Shown here: in pieces, positions 29,117 to 38,217 of the stretch | How the letters are laid out: each line of letters starts with the position of its first letter | Position numbering within the stretch: position 1 is the first letter of the stretch | DNA from: an uncultured Clostridia bacterium | GTDB lineage: Bacteria > Bacillota > Clostridia > Christensenellales > UBA1242 | Length of the DNA: 64,000 nt | Direction: 5' to 3' | Assembly: GCA_944383375.1 (NCBI GenBank) | Contig: CALWPG010000006.1 | Location: forward strand, 14,063 to 78,062 | The notes under the pieces: model-generated | What the model was told of the DNA's origin: nothing | Database searches by the model: none | Seen by the model: only the letters and a program-made list of their open reading frames with translations | Position numbers and translations under genes: made by a program

Positions 29117-29515
29117 ATGATATTAACAGATCCAATCGCAGATATGCTTACCCGTATTCGCAATGGCCTTACGGCAAAGCATAAAGAAGTTGTAATTCCA
29201 GCTTCAAAAGAAAAACTTTCAATACTTAACATCCTTAAAGATGAGGGTTATATAGTTGATGCAGTTTTGACAGAAGAGGGAACACACAAAAATATCGTTG
29301 TGACATTAAAGTACGACGAAAACGGAGAAAGTGTTATTTCTGGACTGAAAAGAATTTCTAAGCCTGGACTTAGAATATATGCAGAAAAGGATAAATTACC
29401 AAAAGTTATAAATGGTCTTGGAATAGCAATCATTTCAACAAACAAAGGAATTTTAACAGATAAGCAAGCTCGCTCAAAAAATGTTGGTGGCGAAGTTTTG
29501 GCTTTTGTATGGTAG
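29117..29515 (+). CDS. rpsH: 30S ribosomal protein S8
   Basis: [14 protein letters not shown].. Confidence 0.97.
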   Translation: MILTDPIADMLTRIRNGLTAKHKEVVIPASKEKLSILNILKDEGYIVDAVLTEEGTHKNIVVTLKYDENGESVISGLKRISKPGLRIYAEKDKLPKVINGLGIAIISTNKGILTDKQARSKNVGGEVLAFVW

Positions 29516-29524
29516 GAGGAAGAT

Positions 29525-30076
29525 ATGTCAAGAATAGGTAAAAAACATATTGATTTGCCAGCAGGAGTTGAACTTAACGTTAATGCTAATCACGTTACTG
29601 TAAAAGGCCCAAAAGGTACTTTGGAACTTGACGTTGATAAACTTATCTCAGTTAATGTATCCGATGGCAAAGTTGAACTTACAAGAAAAAATGATGAAAA
29701 CGAAACTCGTGCAAAACATGGCTTGTATCGTGCATTACTTGCAAATATGGTCAAAGGTGTTCATGACGGGTTTGAAAAGAAATTGATCATAAATGGTGTT
29801 GGTTACAAAGCACAAAAACAAGGCAACAAAGTTGTTTTGAACCTTGGCTATTCTCACACCATTGAGGTACAAGAAGAAGATGGTATAACCTTAGAGTGTC
29901 CATCTGCAACAGAAATTGTTGTAAAAGGTATTGACAAGCAAAAAGTAGGTCAGTTTGCGTCAAAGATAAGAGACCTAAGAAAAGTCGAACCTTATCACGC
30001 ATATGGTGTTAGATACAGTGATGAAGTTGTGATAAGAAAAGTTGGTAAGGCTGCCGGCAAAGGTGCCAAGAAATAA
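29525..30076 (+). CDS. rplF: 50S ribosomal protein L6
   Basis: MSRIGKKHIDLPAGV..VKGPKGTL.. Confidence 0.97.
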   Translation: MSRIGKKHIDLPAGVELNVNANHVTVKGPKGTLELDVDKLISVNVSDGKVELTRKNDENETRAKHGLYRALLANMVKGVHDGFEKKLIINGVGYKAQKQGNKVVLNLGYSHTIEVQEEDGITLECPSATEIVVKGIDKQKVGQFASKIRDLRKVEPYHAYGVRYSDEVVIRKVGKAAGKGAKK

Positions 30077-30087
30077 GGAGAAGTTAA

Positions 30088-30456
30088 ATGTTTAACAAAC
30101 TAGACAAAAACAAAGAAAGACTTATTCGTCACGTACGCGTAAGAAAAAAGATTTCTGGCACTTCACAGTGTCCTAGACTTTGTGTGTATAGAAGTAACAC
30201 TTCGATATATGCTCAAATAATTGATGATTCCAAAGGTGTAACTTTGGCAAGCGCATCAAGTCAAGACAAAGTCCTTGCAAGCGCACTGAAAGGCAAAACC
30301 AAGACAGAGCAAGCAAAAATAGTTGGCGAAGAACTTGGTAAAAGAGCACTCAAAGCAAAAATCAAAACTGTGGTTTTTGACAGAGGTGGTTACATTTATA
30401 CTGGAAGAGTTCAAGCACTTGCCGATGGCGCTAGAAGTGCTGGACTGAAGCTATAG
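30088..30456 (+). CDS. rplR: 50S ribosomal protein L18
   Basis: ..[18 protein letters not shown]...[21 protein letters not shown].. Confidence 0.96.
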   Translation: MFNKLDKNKERLIRHVRVRKKISGTSQCPRLCVYRSNTSIYAQIIDDSKGVTLASASSQDKVLASALKGKTKTEQAKIVGEELGKRALKAKIKTVVFDRGGYIYTGRVQALADGARSAGLKL

Positions 30457-30464
30457 GAGGAATT

Positions 30465-31001
30465 ATGGCAGAACAAGAAAAAGTTAAAAAGCCAAGAGCA
30501 CCAAGAGAAGAACGTTCAAGACGTGAAGATGAGGGCATTGACAAAACCTTAGTGGCAGTTAGACGTGTCACAAAGGTTGTAAAAGGTGGAAGAACATTAA
30601 GATTTTCTGCAGTTGTTGTAGTCGGTGACCGCAAGGGCAATGTTGGAATGGGAACAGGAAAAGCAAAGGAAGTTCCTGCTGCAATCGACAAGGCTACCAT
30701 GAATGCTAAAAAGGACATGAAGCCTATAAACATTGTTAATGGTACAATTCCTCACGAAATTATTGGAAAATATGGCACATCAAAAATCCATCTTCTTCCA
30801 GCAAGACAAGGTACAGGTATTATTGCTGGTGGTGGTGCCCGTGCCGTATTGGAACTTGCAGGTGTTAAAGATATTGTTACCAAAATCCATGGTTCAACAA
30901 ACAAAATCAACTCTGTAAGAGCAACACTCGACGGACTTAGAAGGGTAAGAACACGTGAGCAAATTGCAGCTCTTCGTGGTAAATTACCAGAGGAAATCTA
31001 G
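30465..31001 (+). CDS. rpsE: 30S ribosomal protein S5
   Basis: ..[34 protein letters not shown].. Confidence 0.97.
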   Translation: MAEQEKVKKPRAPREERSRREDEGIDKTLVAVRRVTKVVKGGRTLRFSAVVVVGDRKGNVGMGTGKAKEVPAAIDKATMNAKKDMKPINIVNGTIPHEIIGKYGTSKIHLLPARQGTGIIAGGGARAVLELAGVKDIVTKIHGSTNKINSVRATLDGLRRVRTREQIAALRGKLPEEI

Positions 31002-31009
31002 GAGGAGTT

Positions 31010-31198
31010 ATGGCACAGACAAAAAAATTGAAAGTAACACTAGTAAAAAGCCCAATAGGCTATAACAAAAACCAATCACAAATTCTTGAAGCTTTGGGCT
31101 TAAGAAAATTAAATCATTCAGTTGTTTTACCAGACAATGAAAGTGTGAAAGGAAGTATTTTCCACATCAAACATTTGGTAAAAGTTGAGGAAATTTAG
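31010..31198 (+). CDS. rpmD: 50S ribosomal protein L30
   Basis: [28 protein letters not shown].. Confidence 0.95.
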   Translation: MAQTKKLKVTLVKSPIGYNKNQSQILEALGLRKLNHSVVLPDNESVKGSIFHIKHLVKVEEI

Positions 31199-31207
31199 GA
31201 GGAAATT

Positions 31208-31654
31208 ATGGACATTCAAACACTTGCACCAGCCAAAAACTCTAGATTTGCTGAAAAGAGAATTGGTAGAGGCATTGGCAGTGGAATAGGTAAGACAAGT
31301 GGAAAAGGTCACAAAGGTCAAAATGCACGCAGTGGCGGTGGAGTTAGACCTGGCTTTGAGGGTGGTCAGTTGCCACTTGTTAGAAAACTTCCAATCAGAG
31401 GTTTCAACAACTACAATTTCAAAAAAGAATATTCAACATGCAATGTTTCAGATTTAGAACAATTTGAAGCAAACTCAGTTATTACACTTGAACTTTTATA
31501 TCAATCACGAGTTATTGGAAAAATTAAGCCATATGGCCTAAAAATTCTTGGAAATGGCGAACTTACAAAACCACTCACAGTCAAGGCTCAAAAGTTTACA
31601 AAGAGTGCGATTGAAAAGATTGAAAAAGCCGGTGGAAAAGCTGAGGTGGTTTAA
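31208..31654 (+). CDS. rplO: 50S ribosomal protein L15
   Basis: ..[26 protein letters not shown].. Confidence 0.96.
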   Translation: MDIQTLAPAKNSRFAEKRIGRGIGSGIGKTSGKGHKGQNARSGGGVRPGFEGGQLPLVRKLPIRGFNNYNFKKEYSTCNVSDLEQFEANSVITLELLYQSRVIGKIKPYGLKILGNGELTKPLTVKAQKFTKSAIEKIEKAGGKAEVV

Positions 31655-32976
31655 TGTTTAAAACATTTTATAACGCATTTAAAATAAAAGATTTGCGAAA
31701 AAAAATACTTATCACTTTGCTTTTGTTGTTTATATACAGGTTGGGATGTTGGATAACTGTTCCGGGCATCAGCCCTGGAGCGCTTACTGACGCAGCATCC
31801 ATGAGTGATGGTGGTATGACATTTTTGTCACTTATGAACTCCATAAGTGGTGGTGCGCTTGCCAATGCATCAATATTTGCACTTGGGGTGTCGCCTTACA
31901 TTAGTGCTTCCATTATCATTCAGCTGCTAACAGTTGCTATCCCACCACTTGAAAGACTTTCAAAACAAGGTGAGGAAGGTAGAAAGAAAATAAACTTCTA
32001 CACTCGCATATGTGCACTTGTTCTTGCAACAGCACAGGCAATTGGTATAGTAGTTTCATACGCAAACAGCGAAGGCTTTATTGATGTTCGTATGTTTGGT
32101 GCATCAGCTCCAATTTGGCTCAGTTGTGCAGTTATTGCAATCATCATGATTGCTGGTGCAATGTTCACAGTATGGCTAGGTGAGAGAATAACTGATCTTG
32201 GTGTTGGCAATGGACTAAGCCTTCTTATCTTTGTTGGTATATTGTCCTCAGCATGCACAGGTCTTTACACTGCGTTCCAAGGAGTTGCTCAAGATATTGA
32301 CTATCTTTGGACAATACTCATATTCTTGGCTGCAGTTATAGTCATATTCTCGCTTATAGTATTCATTGATAGTGCTGAACGCAAAGTTCCAGTTCAATAT
32401 GCAAAGCAAGTAAAAGGTAGAAAGATGTATGGTGGTCAATCCACATATATTCCAATCAAAGTAAACTCCACGGGAGTTATTCCAATAATCTTTGCAAATG
32501 CAATAGTGACTTTCCCACAGATGCTTATAAGTATATTTTGGCCAAATACAGCTTTTGCTGATTGGTGGACAAGATATATGGGTACAAGTTCATGGGTTTA
32601 TATAGTTCTAACAGCATTACTCATTTTGTTCTTTGCATATTTCTACTCACAAATCACATTCAAACCAGATGATGTGAGCAAGCAAATTCAGCAAAATGGT
32701 GGTTTCATACCAGGCATAAGAGCAGGAAAGCCAACAGCAGAGTACTTAGGAAGAATTTCATCTAGATTGACTTTATTTGGTGCAATTTTCTTAGCATTTA
32801 TTGCACTTGTTCCAAGTCTTGTGTTCAATGCCTTAGCAACTACAACTTTGGATTCAACACTCATCAACGCGTTCAGTGTCACTGGCCTTATGATTGTTGT
32901 TTCGGTTGCACTAGAACTTGATAAACAACTTGAAGCACAAATGCTTATGCGAAATTATAGAGGATTTTTGAAATGA
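31654..32976 (+). CDS. secY: Preprotein translocase subunit SecY
   Basis: 440-aa, 10-TM protein with ..FALGVSPYISASIIIQLL.. and ..GNGLSLLIF..; canonical position. Confidence 0.97.
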   Translation: MFKTFYNAFKIKDLRKKILITLLLLFIYRLGCWITVPGISPGALTDAASMSDGGMTFLSLMNSISGGALANASIFALGVSPYISASIIIQLLTVAIPPLERLSKQGEEGRKKINFYTRICALVLATAQAIGIVVSYANSEGFIDVRMFGASAPIWLSCAVIAIIMIAGAMFTVWLGERITDLGVGNGLSLLIFVGILSSACTGLYTAFQGVAQDIDYLWTILIFLAAVIVIFSLIVFIDSAERKVPVQYAKQVKGRKMYGGQSTYIPIKVNSTGVIPIIFANAIVTFPQMLISIFWPNTAFADWWTRYMGTSSWVYIVLTALLILFFAYFYSQITFKPDDVSKQIQQNGGFIPGIRAGKPTAEYLGRISSRLTLFGAIFLAFIALVPSLVFNALATTTLDSTLINAFSVTGLMIVVSVALELDKQLEAQMLMRNYRGFLK

Positions 32977-33596
32977 AATTGATCTTGTTGGGCGCCCCAG
33001 GCAGTGGAAAAGGTACACAGGCGAAAAAGTTATCAAAACATTTTGGTTTGGTGCACATTTCCACTGGCGACATAATAAGGGAAAACATAAAAAATAGAAC
33101 AAAAATAGGCATTGAAGCGGAAAAATTAATCAATGATGGCAATTTGGTGCCAGATGATGTTGTAATCGAAATGGTCGCAAATTATCTAAAGCAAGACCAT
33201 GTCAGAAATAATTTTGTTCTAGATGGTTTTCCAAGAACAGTCAAACAAGCTGAGGCGCTTGATAACATTTCAGAAATTGATAAAGTTATCTTGATTGACA
33301 CAGATCTTGACGAGACAACAAGACGTATTTTAAATAGAAAAACTTGTCCAAAGTGTGGAAAAAGCTATTCCAACTTGGAGTTTTGTCCAAATTGTAACAT
33401 AAAACTTGAAAGACGAGATGATGACAATGAACAAACAATTAAAAATCGTTTTAAAGTTTACATCAATGAGACCTTACCTGTTGTAGAGTACTACAAGAAA
33501 AACCATTTACTAAACACTGTCAATGGTAACAATTCTATAGAGCAGGTATTTGGAGAAATCAATAATATTTTGAATGAAGGTAGCTATGATTTGTAA
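32973..33596 (+). CDS. adk: Adenylate kinase (zinc-lid type)
   Basis: LLGAPGSGKGTQ P-loop. Lid CPKCGKSY...CPNCN. Confidence 0.96.
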   Translation: MKLILLGAPGSGKGTQAKKLSKHFGLVHISTGDIIRENIKNRTKIGIEAEKLINDGNLVPDDVVIEMVANYLKQDHVRNNFVLDGFPRTVKQAEALDNISEIDKVILIDTDLDETTRRILNRKTCPKCGKSYSNLEFCPNCNIKLERRDDDNEQTIKNRFKVYINETLPVVEYYKKNHLLNTVNGNNSIEQVFGEINNILNEGSYDL

Positions 33597-34329
33597 ATCG
33601 CAAAGTGATATTGAAGGAATGAGAAAAGCAAATATTGTTGTTCGTGATGCATTAAATTATGCACAATCTCTCATTCGTCCAGGACTTTCCACTTATGAAC
33701 TTGACAAACTCGTGGAAAAGTATATAATAGATCATGGTGCGATTCCTTCTTTTAAAGGTTTTGAAGGTTACCCTGCAAGCATTTGCACTTCTGTTAATGA
33801 AGTTGTTGTGCATGGAATTCCTAGCAAAGACGTGATTTTAAAGGAGGGCGACATCATCAGCATCGACATTGGAACTATTGTTGATGGATACAATGGTGAT
33901 GCCGCAAGAACATTTCCAGTAGGAAAGATCAGTGCCGAGAAACAAAGACTTATAGATGTCACAAAGCAATCCTTTTTTGAAGGGATTAAACATTTAAAAG
34001 TCGGTAGCAAATTAGGTGAACTTGGCCACGCAATTCAAGTTTATGCAGAAAGTAATGGCTTTGGTGTGGTTCGTGAACTCGTAGGGCATGGAATAGGACA
34101 TAAGATGCACGAAGAACCCGAAGTCCCAAACTATGGACAGCCAAACAAAGGTGTTGTGGTTAAGGAAAATATGTGCCTTGCCATTGAACCTATGATAACC
34201 ATGGGCGAGCGATATGTTTACATGGCCGATGATGGCTGGACAATTTACACGCGTGATCATAGTCCTTCGGCTCATTATGAAAACACTGTAATCGTAACTA
34301 AAGATGGTGTGGAAATTTTGTCTTTATAA
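33586..34329 (+). CDS. map: Type I methionine aminopeptidase
   Basis: ..VVHGIP...DIGTIVDGYNGDAARTF...GHGIGHKMHEEP... ATG 33586 is preceded by GAAGG (the track ORF starts at 33574). Confidence 0.95.
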   Translation: MICKSQSDIEGMRKANIVVRDALNYAQSLIRPGLSTYELDKLVEKYIIDHGAIPSFKGFEGYPASICTSVNEVVVHGIPSKDVILKEGDIISIDIGTIVDGYNGDAARTFPVGKISAEKQRLIDVTKQSFFEGIKHLKVGSKLGELGHAIQVYAESNGFGVVRELVGHGIGHKMHEEPEVPNYGQPNKGVVVKENMCLAIEPMITMGERYVYMADDGWTIYTRDHSPSAHYENTVIVTKDGVEILSL

Positions 34330-34344
34330 AGGAAGGTAAAATTA

Positions 34345-34608
34345 GTGAATATTGGCGATGTTGTAAAAAGTAACAAAGGTCGTGACAATGGTACAATTTA
34401 TGTGGTATATTCGTTGCGTGATGATTATGTCTTTTGCGTAAATGGCAAAAATCGCACAATGATTAAACCCAAAAAGAAAAAAATAAGACATGTAAACTAC
34501 TTGGGTCAAAATATTGATGAACTTAAAGTCAAGTTTACAGAGCACAAAAAAGTGCTTGATAGCGAAATAAGAAAAGCAATTGATAATTTAAACATAGTCG
34601 AGGAGTAA
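34345..34608 (+). CDS. KOW-domain RNA-binding protein (conserved between map and infA in Clostridia/Bacilli)
   Basis: GTG start with [32 protein letters not shown]-like motif. Conserved position. Confidence 0.7.
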   Translation: MNIGDVVKSNKGRDNGTIYVVYSLRDDYVFCVNGKNRTMIKPKKKKIRHVNYLGQNIDELKVKFTEHKKVLDSEIRKAIDNLNIVEE

Positions 34609-34610
34609 GT

Positions 34611-34829
34611 ATGTCGAAACAGGATGTAATAGAATTTGAAGGAGTTGTTGAAGAGGTGCTTCCAAACACTTCATTTACAGTTCGTCTTGACAATGGTCAT
34701 TCCATAACGGCCTATATCAGTGGTAGACTTAGAATGAACTATATCAAAATACTAGAAGGTGATAGAGTTAGGGTGGAAATGAGTCCATACGATTTGACCA
34801 AAGGCAGAATAACATACAGAATTAAATAA
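34611..34829 (+). CDS. infA: Translation initiation factor IF-1
   Basis: [53 protein letters not shown].. Confidence 0.98.
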   Translation: MSKQDVIEFEGVVEEVLPNTSFTVRLDNGHSITAYISGRLRMNYIKILEGDRVRVEMSPYDLTKGRITYRIK

Positions 34830-34865
34830 TTATTTTTAAATTATGAATTGAAAGGAGAAGAAAAA

Positions 34866-34982
34866 ATGAAGGTTAGACCATCAGTTAAACCAATGTGTGA
34901 TAAATGCAAGGTAATCAAACGTGAAGGAAAGGTCATGGTTATCTGTTCAAAAGACAAGTCACACAAACAGACACAAGGTTAA
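34866..34982 (+). CDS. rpmJ: 50S ribosomal protein L36
   Basis: Not in the ORF track (38 aa). Translating by hand gives [47 protein letters not shown] upstream. Confidence 0.93.
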   Translation: MKVRPSVKPMCDKCKVIKREGKVMVICSKDKSHKQTQG

Positions 34983-34995
34983 TGTTTGAAGATAA

Positions 34996-35027
34996 CGTAT
35001 CACATCCGCGGCAAAAAATGTGATGCG
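34996..35027 (+). promoter_or_regulatory. Conspicuous hairpin in the rpmJ-rpsM spacer (processing/regulatory element candidate)
   Basis: 10-bp stem CGTATCACAT / ATGTGATGCG (one G-U pair) with the 12-nt loop CCGCGGCAAAAA. No T-run follows. Confidence 0.3.
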
Positions 35028-35083
35028 AATATATATACAAGCGAATTATATTAAAAAAAATCAAAATTTATTCGGAGGAAAAT

Positions 35084-35464
35084 ATGGCAAGAATCGCTGG
35101 TGTTGATTTACCCAGAGAAAAAAGAGTTGAGATTGGCTTAACATATATATATGGCATTGGTAGACATACTGCCAATGAGATTTTGGCTGCAACCAAAATT
35201 AATCCAGATACCCGTGTTAAAGACCTTGATGAAAACGATGTCGCAAGGCTTCGTAACTACATCGAACACAATCTCACAGTTGAAGGAGATCTTAGAAAAG
35301 AGGTTTCACTCAACATTAAACGTTTAACAGAAATTGGCTCATACAGAGGGACAAGACATAGAAAAGGTCTTCCTGTACGTGGTCAAAATACAAGGACTAA
35401 CTGTCGTACAAGAAAAGGTCCAAGAAAAGTCGTAGGTGGCAGTTCCAAGAAAGGTAAACTATAA
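35084..35464 (+). CDS. rpsM: 30S ribosomal protein S13
   Basis: [26 protein letters not shown].. Confidence 0.97.
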   Translation: MARIAGVDLPREKRVEIGLTYIYGIGRHTANEILAATKINPDTRVKDLDENDVARLRNYIEHNLTVEGDLRKEVSLNIKRLTEIGSYRGTRHRKGLPVRGQNTRTNCRTRKGPRKVVGGSSKKGKL

Positions 35465-35477
35465 GAGGAGATAAAAA

Positions 35478-35870
35478 ATGGCAACAACTAAATCAACTTC
35501 AAAGAAGAAAAGAGTTTCAAGAAATATTGATAAAGGTCAAGTTCATATAAAATCTTCTTTTAACAATACCATGATTACTTTCACTGATCTTCAGGGAAAT
35601 GTAGTTTCTTGGGCAAGTTCGGGCAAACTTGGCTTTAAAGGTTCAAAAAAGAGTACACCTTTTGCAGCACAACAATGTGTTGAAGAGGCAGCAAAAGTCG
35701 CAAAGGAACAAGGCATAAAGTCTGTTGAAGTGTATGTAAAAGGCCCAGGCAATGGTCGTGAGGCTGCAATAAGAGCACTTCAAACAGCAGAACTTAATGT
35801 TACCTTAATCAAGGATGTTTCTCCAATCGCTCATAACGGTTGCAGACCACCAAAGATTAGAAGAATATAA
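35478..35870 (+). CDS. rpsK: 30S ribosomal protein S11
   Basis: ..[28 protein letters not shown].. Confidence 0.97.
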   Translation: MATTKSTSKKKRVSRNIDKGQVHIKSSFNNTMITFTDLQGNVVSWASSGKLGFKGSKKSTPFAAQQCVEEAAKVAKEQGIKSVEVYVKGPGNGREAAIRALQTAELNVTLIKDVSPIAHNGCRPPKIRRI

Positions 35871-35882
35871 AAGGAGAATTAT

Positions 35883-36503
35883 ATGGCTAAGATGATTGGT
35901 GCTGATTGCAGACAATGTCGTCGTGAGGGATGCAAGTTGTTCCTTAAAGGCGAGAGATGCACAAGCAAAAAATGCGCTATAGAAAGACGCCCAGTTGCTC
36001 CTGGACAACATGGAACAGGAAGAAAGAGAGTAACTGAATATGGCACACAGCTTCGTGAAAAACAAAAAGTTAAAAGAGCTTATGGAATACTTGAAAAGCA
36101 ATTCCGTAGATATTATGAAGAAGCAGAGAGAATGAAAGGTGTGACAGGTGAAAATATGCTATCACTCATCGAAAGAAGACTTGACAATGTTGTATATCGT
36201 ATGGGCATTGGTTCTTCAAGAAGTGAGTGCCGTCAAATTGTAAACCATGCGCAAATCACTGTGAATGGAAAAACTGTCAATATTCCTTCATATCAAGTAA
36301 AAGTTGGAGACGTCATTGCAGTTAAAGAAAACAAACGTGACAAAGAGATGTTTAAACAACTTAAGGGAATGAAGATTGTTATGCCAAAATGGCTTGAATT
36401 CAACAGTGACACACTTGAAGGAAAAGTTTTGGCACTTCCAACAAGAGAAGATATTGATCTCAATATCAAAGAACACTTAATCATTGAGTTGTACTCAAGA
36501 TAG
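35883..36503 (+). CDS. rpsD: 30S ribosomal protein S4
   Basis: [18 protein letters not shown] zinc-type N-terminus and an S4 RNA-binding domain ([10 protein letters not shown]..). Confidence 0.97.
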   Translation: MAKMIGADCRQCRREGCKLFLKGERCTSKKCAIERRPVAPGQHGTGRKRVTEYGTQLREKQKVKRAYGILEKQFRRYYEEAERMKGVTGENMLSLIERRLDNVVYRMGIGSSRSECRQIVNHAQITVNGKTVNIPSYQVKVGDVIAVKENKRDKEMFKQLKGMKIVMPKWLEFNSDTLEGKVLALPTREDIDLNIKEHLIIELYSR

Positions 36504-36522
36504 TAATGGAGGAACTAAATAT

Positions 36523-37476
36523 ATGATGGAAATAGAAAGACCAAGAATCACGTGTGAAGAAACAGAAGGTGGAAGCTATGCAAGGTTCATAGTTGAGCCA
36601 CTTGAAAGAGGATATGGCATAACACTTGGAAATTGTATGCGAAGAACACTTCTTGGTGCACTCCCAGGTGCTGCACCAATAGCAATTAGGATAAATGGTG
36701 TATTGCACGAATTTTCTACAGTTCATGGCATAGCAGAAGATGTTGTTGACATCGTGCTAAATTTAAAGTGTTTAGCTGTAAAGACAACAGACAAAGATAA
36801 AGATTTTACAACTGTCATACATCTTCGTCACAAAGGTGCTGGCGAGATTTTGGCTCGCGAGTTTGAGCCTAATGATCAAGTTGAAATTCTTAACCCAGAA
36901 CTTCACATAGCAACTGCTGATGATGATGCAGATTTCCAATTGGATGTCATCATTGGTAGGGGCAGAGGATATGTTCCAAACACAATCAATAAGGATAGAA
37001 TTGATACAGTTGACTATATTGCAATAGATTCAATTTATTCACCAGTAAAGAAAGTAAACTATAACGTTGAACCTACTCGTGTAGGTCAAAGTATAGATTA
37101 TGACAAGCTTACTTTGGAAGTTGAAACTAATGGAACAATAACTGCTCGTGAAATTGTAAGTTTGGCAGGAAAGATAATTCAAGAGCACATATCTCTTTTC
37201 GTTGATCTTTGTGAAGAAATGTCGGATCTCAACATATTGGTAAGCAAAGAAGAAGATAAGCAAGTCAAAGTTCTTGAAATGCCAATAGAGGAAATGGATC
37301 TCTCTGTTAGGTCATATAATTGCCTTAAAAGAGCAAATATAAACACCGTAGATGACCTTATCAAAAAATCAAAAAGCGATATGCTAAAAGTAAGGAATCT
37401 TGGTCTAAAATCTATAGAAGAAGTCATTCAAAAACTTGCCACTTATGGCCTAAGTTTGAGAAATGACGAAGACTAA
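36523..37476 (+). CDS. rpoA: DNA-directed RNA polymerase subunit alpha
   Basis: ..FIVEPLERGYGITLGNCMRRTLL.. and a C-terminal domain (LSVRSYNCLKRANI). ATG 36523 is preceded by GGAGGA (the track ORF starts at 36484). Confidence 0.96.
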   Translation: MMEIERPRITCEETEGGSYARFIVEPLERGYGITLGNCMRRTLLGALPGAAPIAIRINGVLHEFSTVHGIAEDVVDIVLNLKCLAVKTTDKDKDFTTVIHLRHKGAGEILAREFEPNDQVEILNPELHIATADDDADFQLDVIIGRGRGYVPNTINKDRIDTVDYIAIDSIYSPVKKVNYNVEPTRVGQSIDYDKLTLEVETNGTITAREIVSLAGKIIQEHISLFVDLCEEMSDLNILVSKEEDKQVKVLEMPIEEMDLSVRSYNCLKRANINTVDDLIKKSKSDMLKVRNLGLKSIEEVIQKLATYGLSLRNDED

Positions 37477-37489
37477 AAAGGAGAATAAA

Positions 37490-37996
37490 ATGGCTAACGA
37501 CAAATTAGGTAGACCATCTGATCAAAAGATGGCAGTGCTAAGAAATCAAGTTTCACATCTTTTCAAATATGGCAGAATTGAAACAAGTGTTGCAAAAGCA
37601 AAAGCAGTTGCTTCAAAAGCAGAAAAGATTTTGACACTTGCAATCAACACCTATGAAGATAATGCAAAGGTTGAAAAGACTGTCACAGAAAATGGAAACA
37701 AAGTTAAAAAAGAAGTTATTAACGATGGTCCAAAGAAACTTGCAGCAAGACGTAAGATTATGTCATTTTTGTATGACCTTAAAGAAGAGAGACGCGAAAA
37801 AGAAGGTCTTGAGGCATACAGAGCAAGAACACAGGGTATCAACCATCCACTTGTTGAAAAGATTTTCAATATTTATGCACCTAAATATGCAGATCGTGCA
37901 AAAGAATTAGGTACAAAAGGTGGATATACAAGAGTCATCAAAACTGGTGCAAGAAAGGGTGATGCTTGTGAACTTGCAATCGTGGAACTGGTTTAA
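37490..37996 (+). CDS. rplQ: 50S ribosomal protein L17 (long form with internal insertion)
   Basis: KLGRPSDQKMAVLRNQVSHLFKYGRIETS.. and C-terminal GGYTRVIKTGARKGDACELAIVELV. 168 aa counted from ATG 37490. Confidence 0.93.
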   Translation: MANDKLGRPSDQKMAVLRNQVSHLFKYGRIETSVAKAKAVASKAEKILTLAINTYEDNAKVEKTVTENGNKVKKEVINDGPKKLAARRKIMSFLYDLKEERREKEGLEAYRARTQGINHPLVEKIFNIYAPKYADRAKELGTKGGYTRVIKTGARKGDACELAIVELV

Positions 37997-38060
37997 TTTT
38001 TACAAAAAAATCAGTGACATTTCAAGCGAAAGCATGAAATCTCTCAAAAACATAACACTG

Positions 38061-38086
38061 AGGCTTACAAATGTAAGCCTTTTTTA
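38061..38086 (+). terminator. Intrinsic terminator of the alpha operon
   Basis: AGGCTTACA (38061-38069) / TGTAAGCCT (38072-38080), then TTTTTT. Confidence 0.8.
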
Positions 38087-38155
38087 TTTAAGCAAAGAAC
38101 TTCTCACATGCTTTGTACGCCTACTTGTTTATTTTTAAATTATTATTTATTTATT

Positions 38156-38183
38156 TTGTTTTTAGCTATTTTTGGGTTATACT
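38156..38183 (+). promoter_or_regulatory. Candidate promoter of the VirB4-like gene
   Basis: TTGTTT (38156-38161), 16-nt spacer, TATACT (38178-38183). Confidence 0.35.
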
Positions 38184-38217
38184 ATAAAAAACTGATTTAC
38201 CTAAAAAGGAGTAAATT

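Noticed and set aside
22498-37869. Numerous 60-150 aa ORFs antisense to or out of frame with the ribosomal-protein genes, for example 22498-22875(-), 25221-25682(-), 27451-27711(-), 28080-28383(-), 30431-30733(-), 23470-23829(+) and 37638-37910(+).
   Set aside because: They overlap highly conserved, confidently identified genes. They have low-complexity or Cys/Leu/Ser/Phe-rich junk translations and lack SD sequences. They are typical shadow ORFs.
37920-38138. 72-aa ORF spanning the end of rplQ and the alpha-operon terminator.
   Set aside because: It overlaps rplQ in another frame, reads through the terminator hairpin and has no SD.
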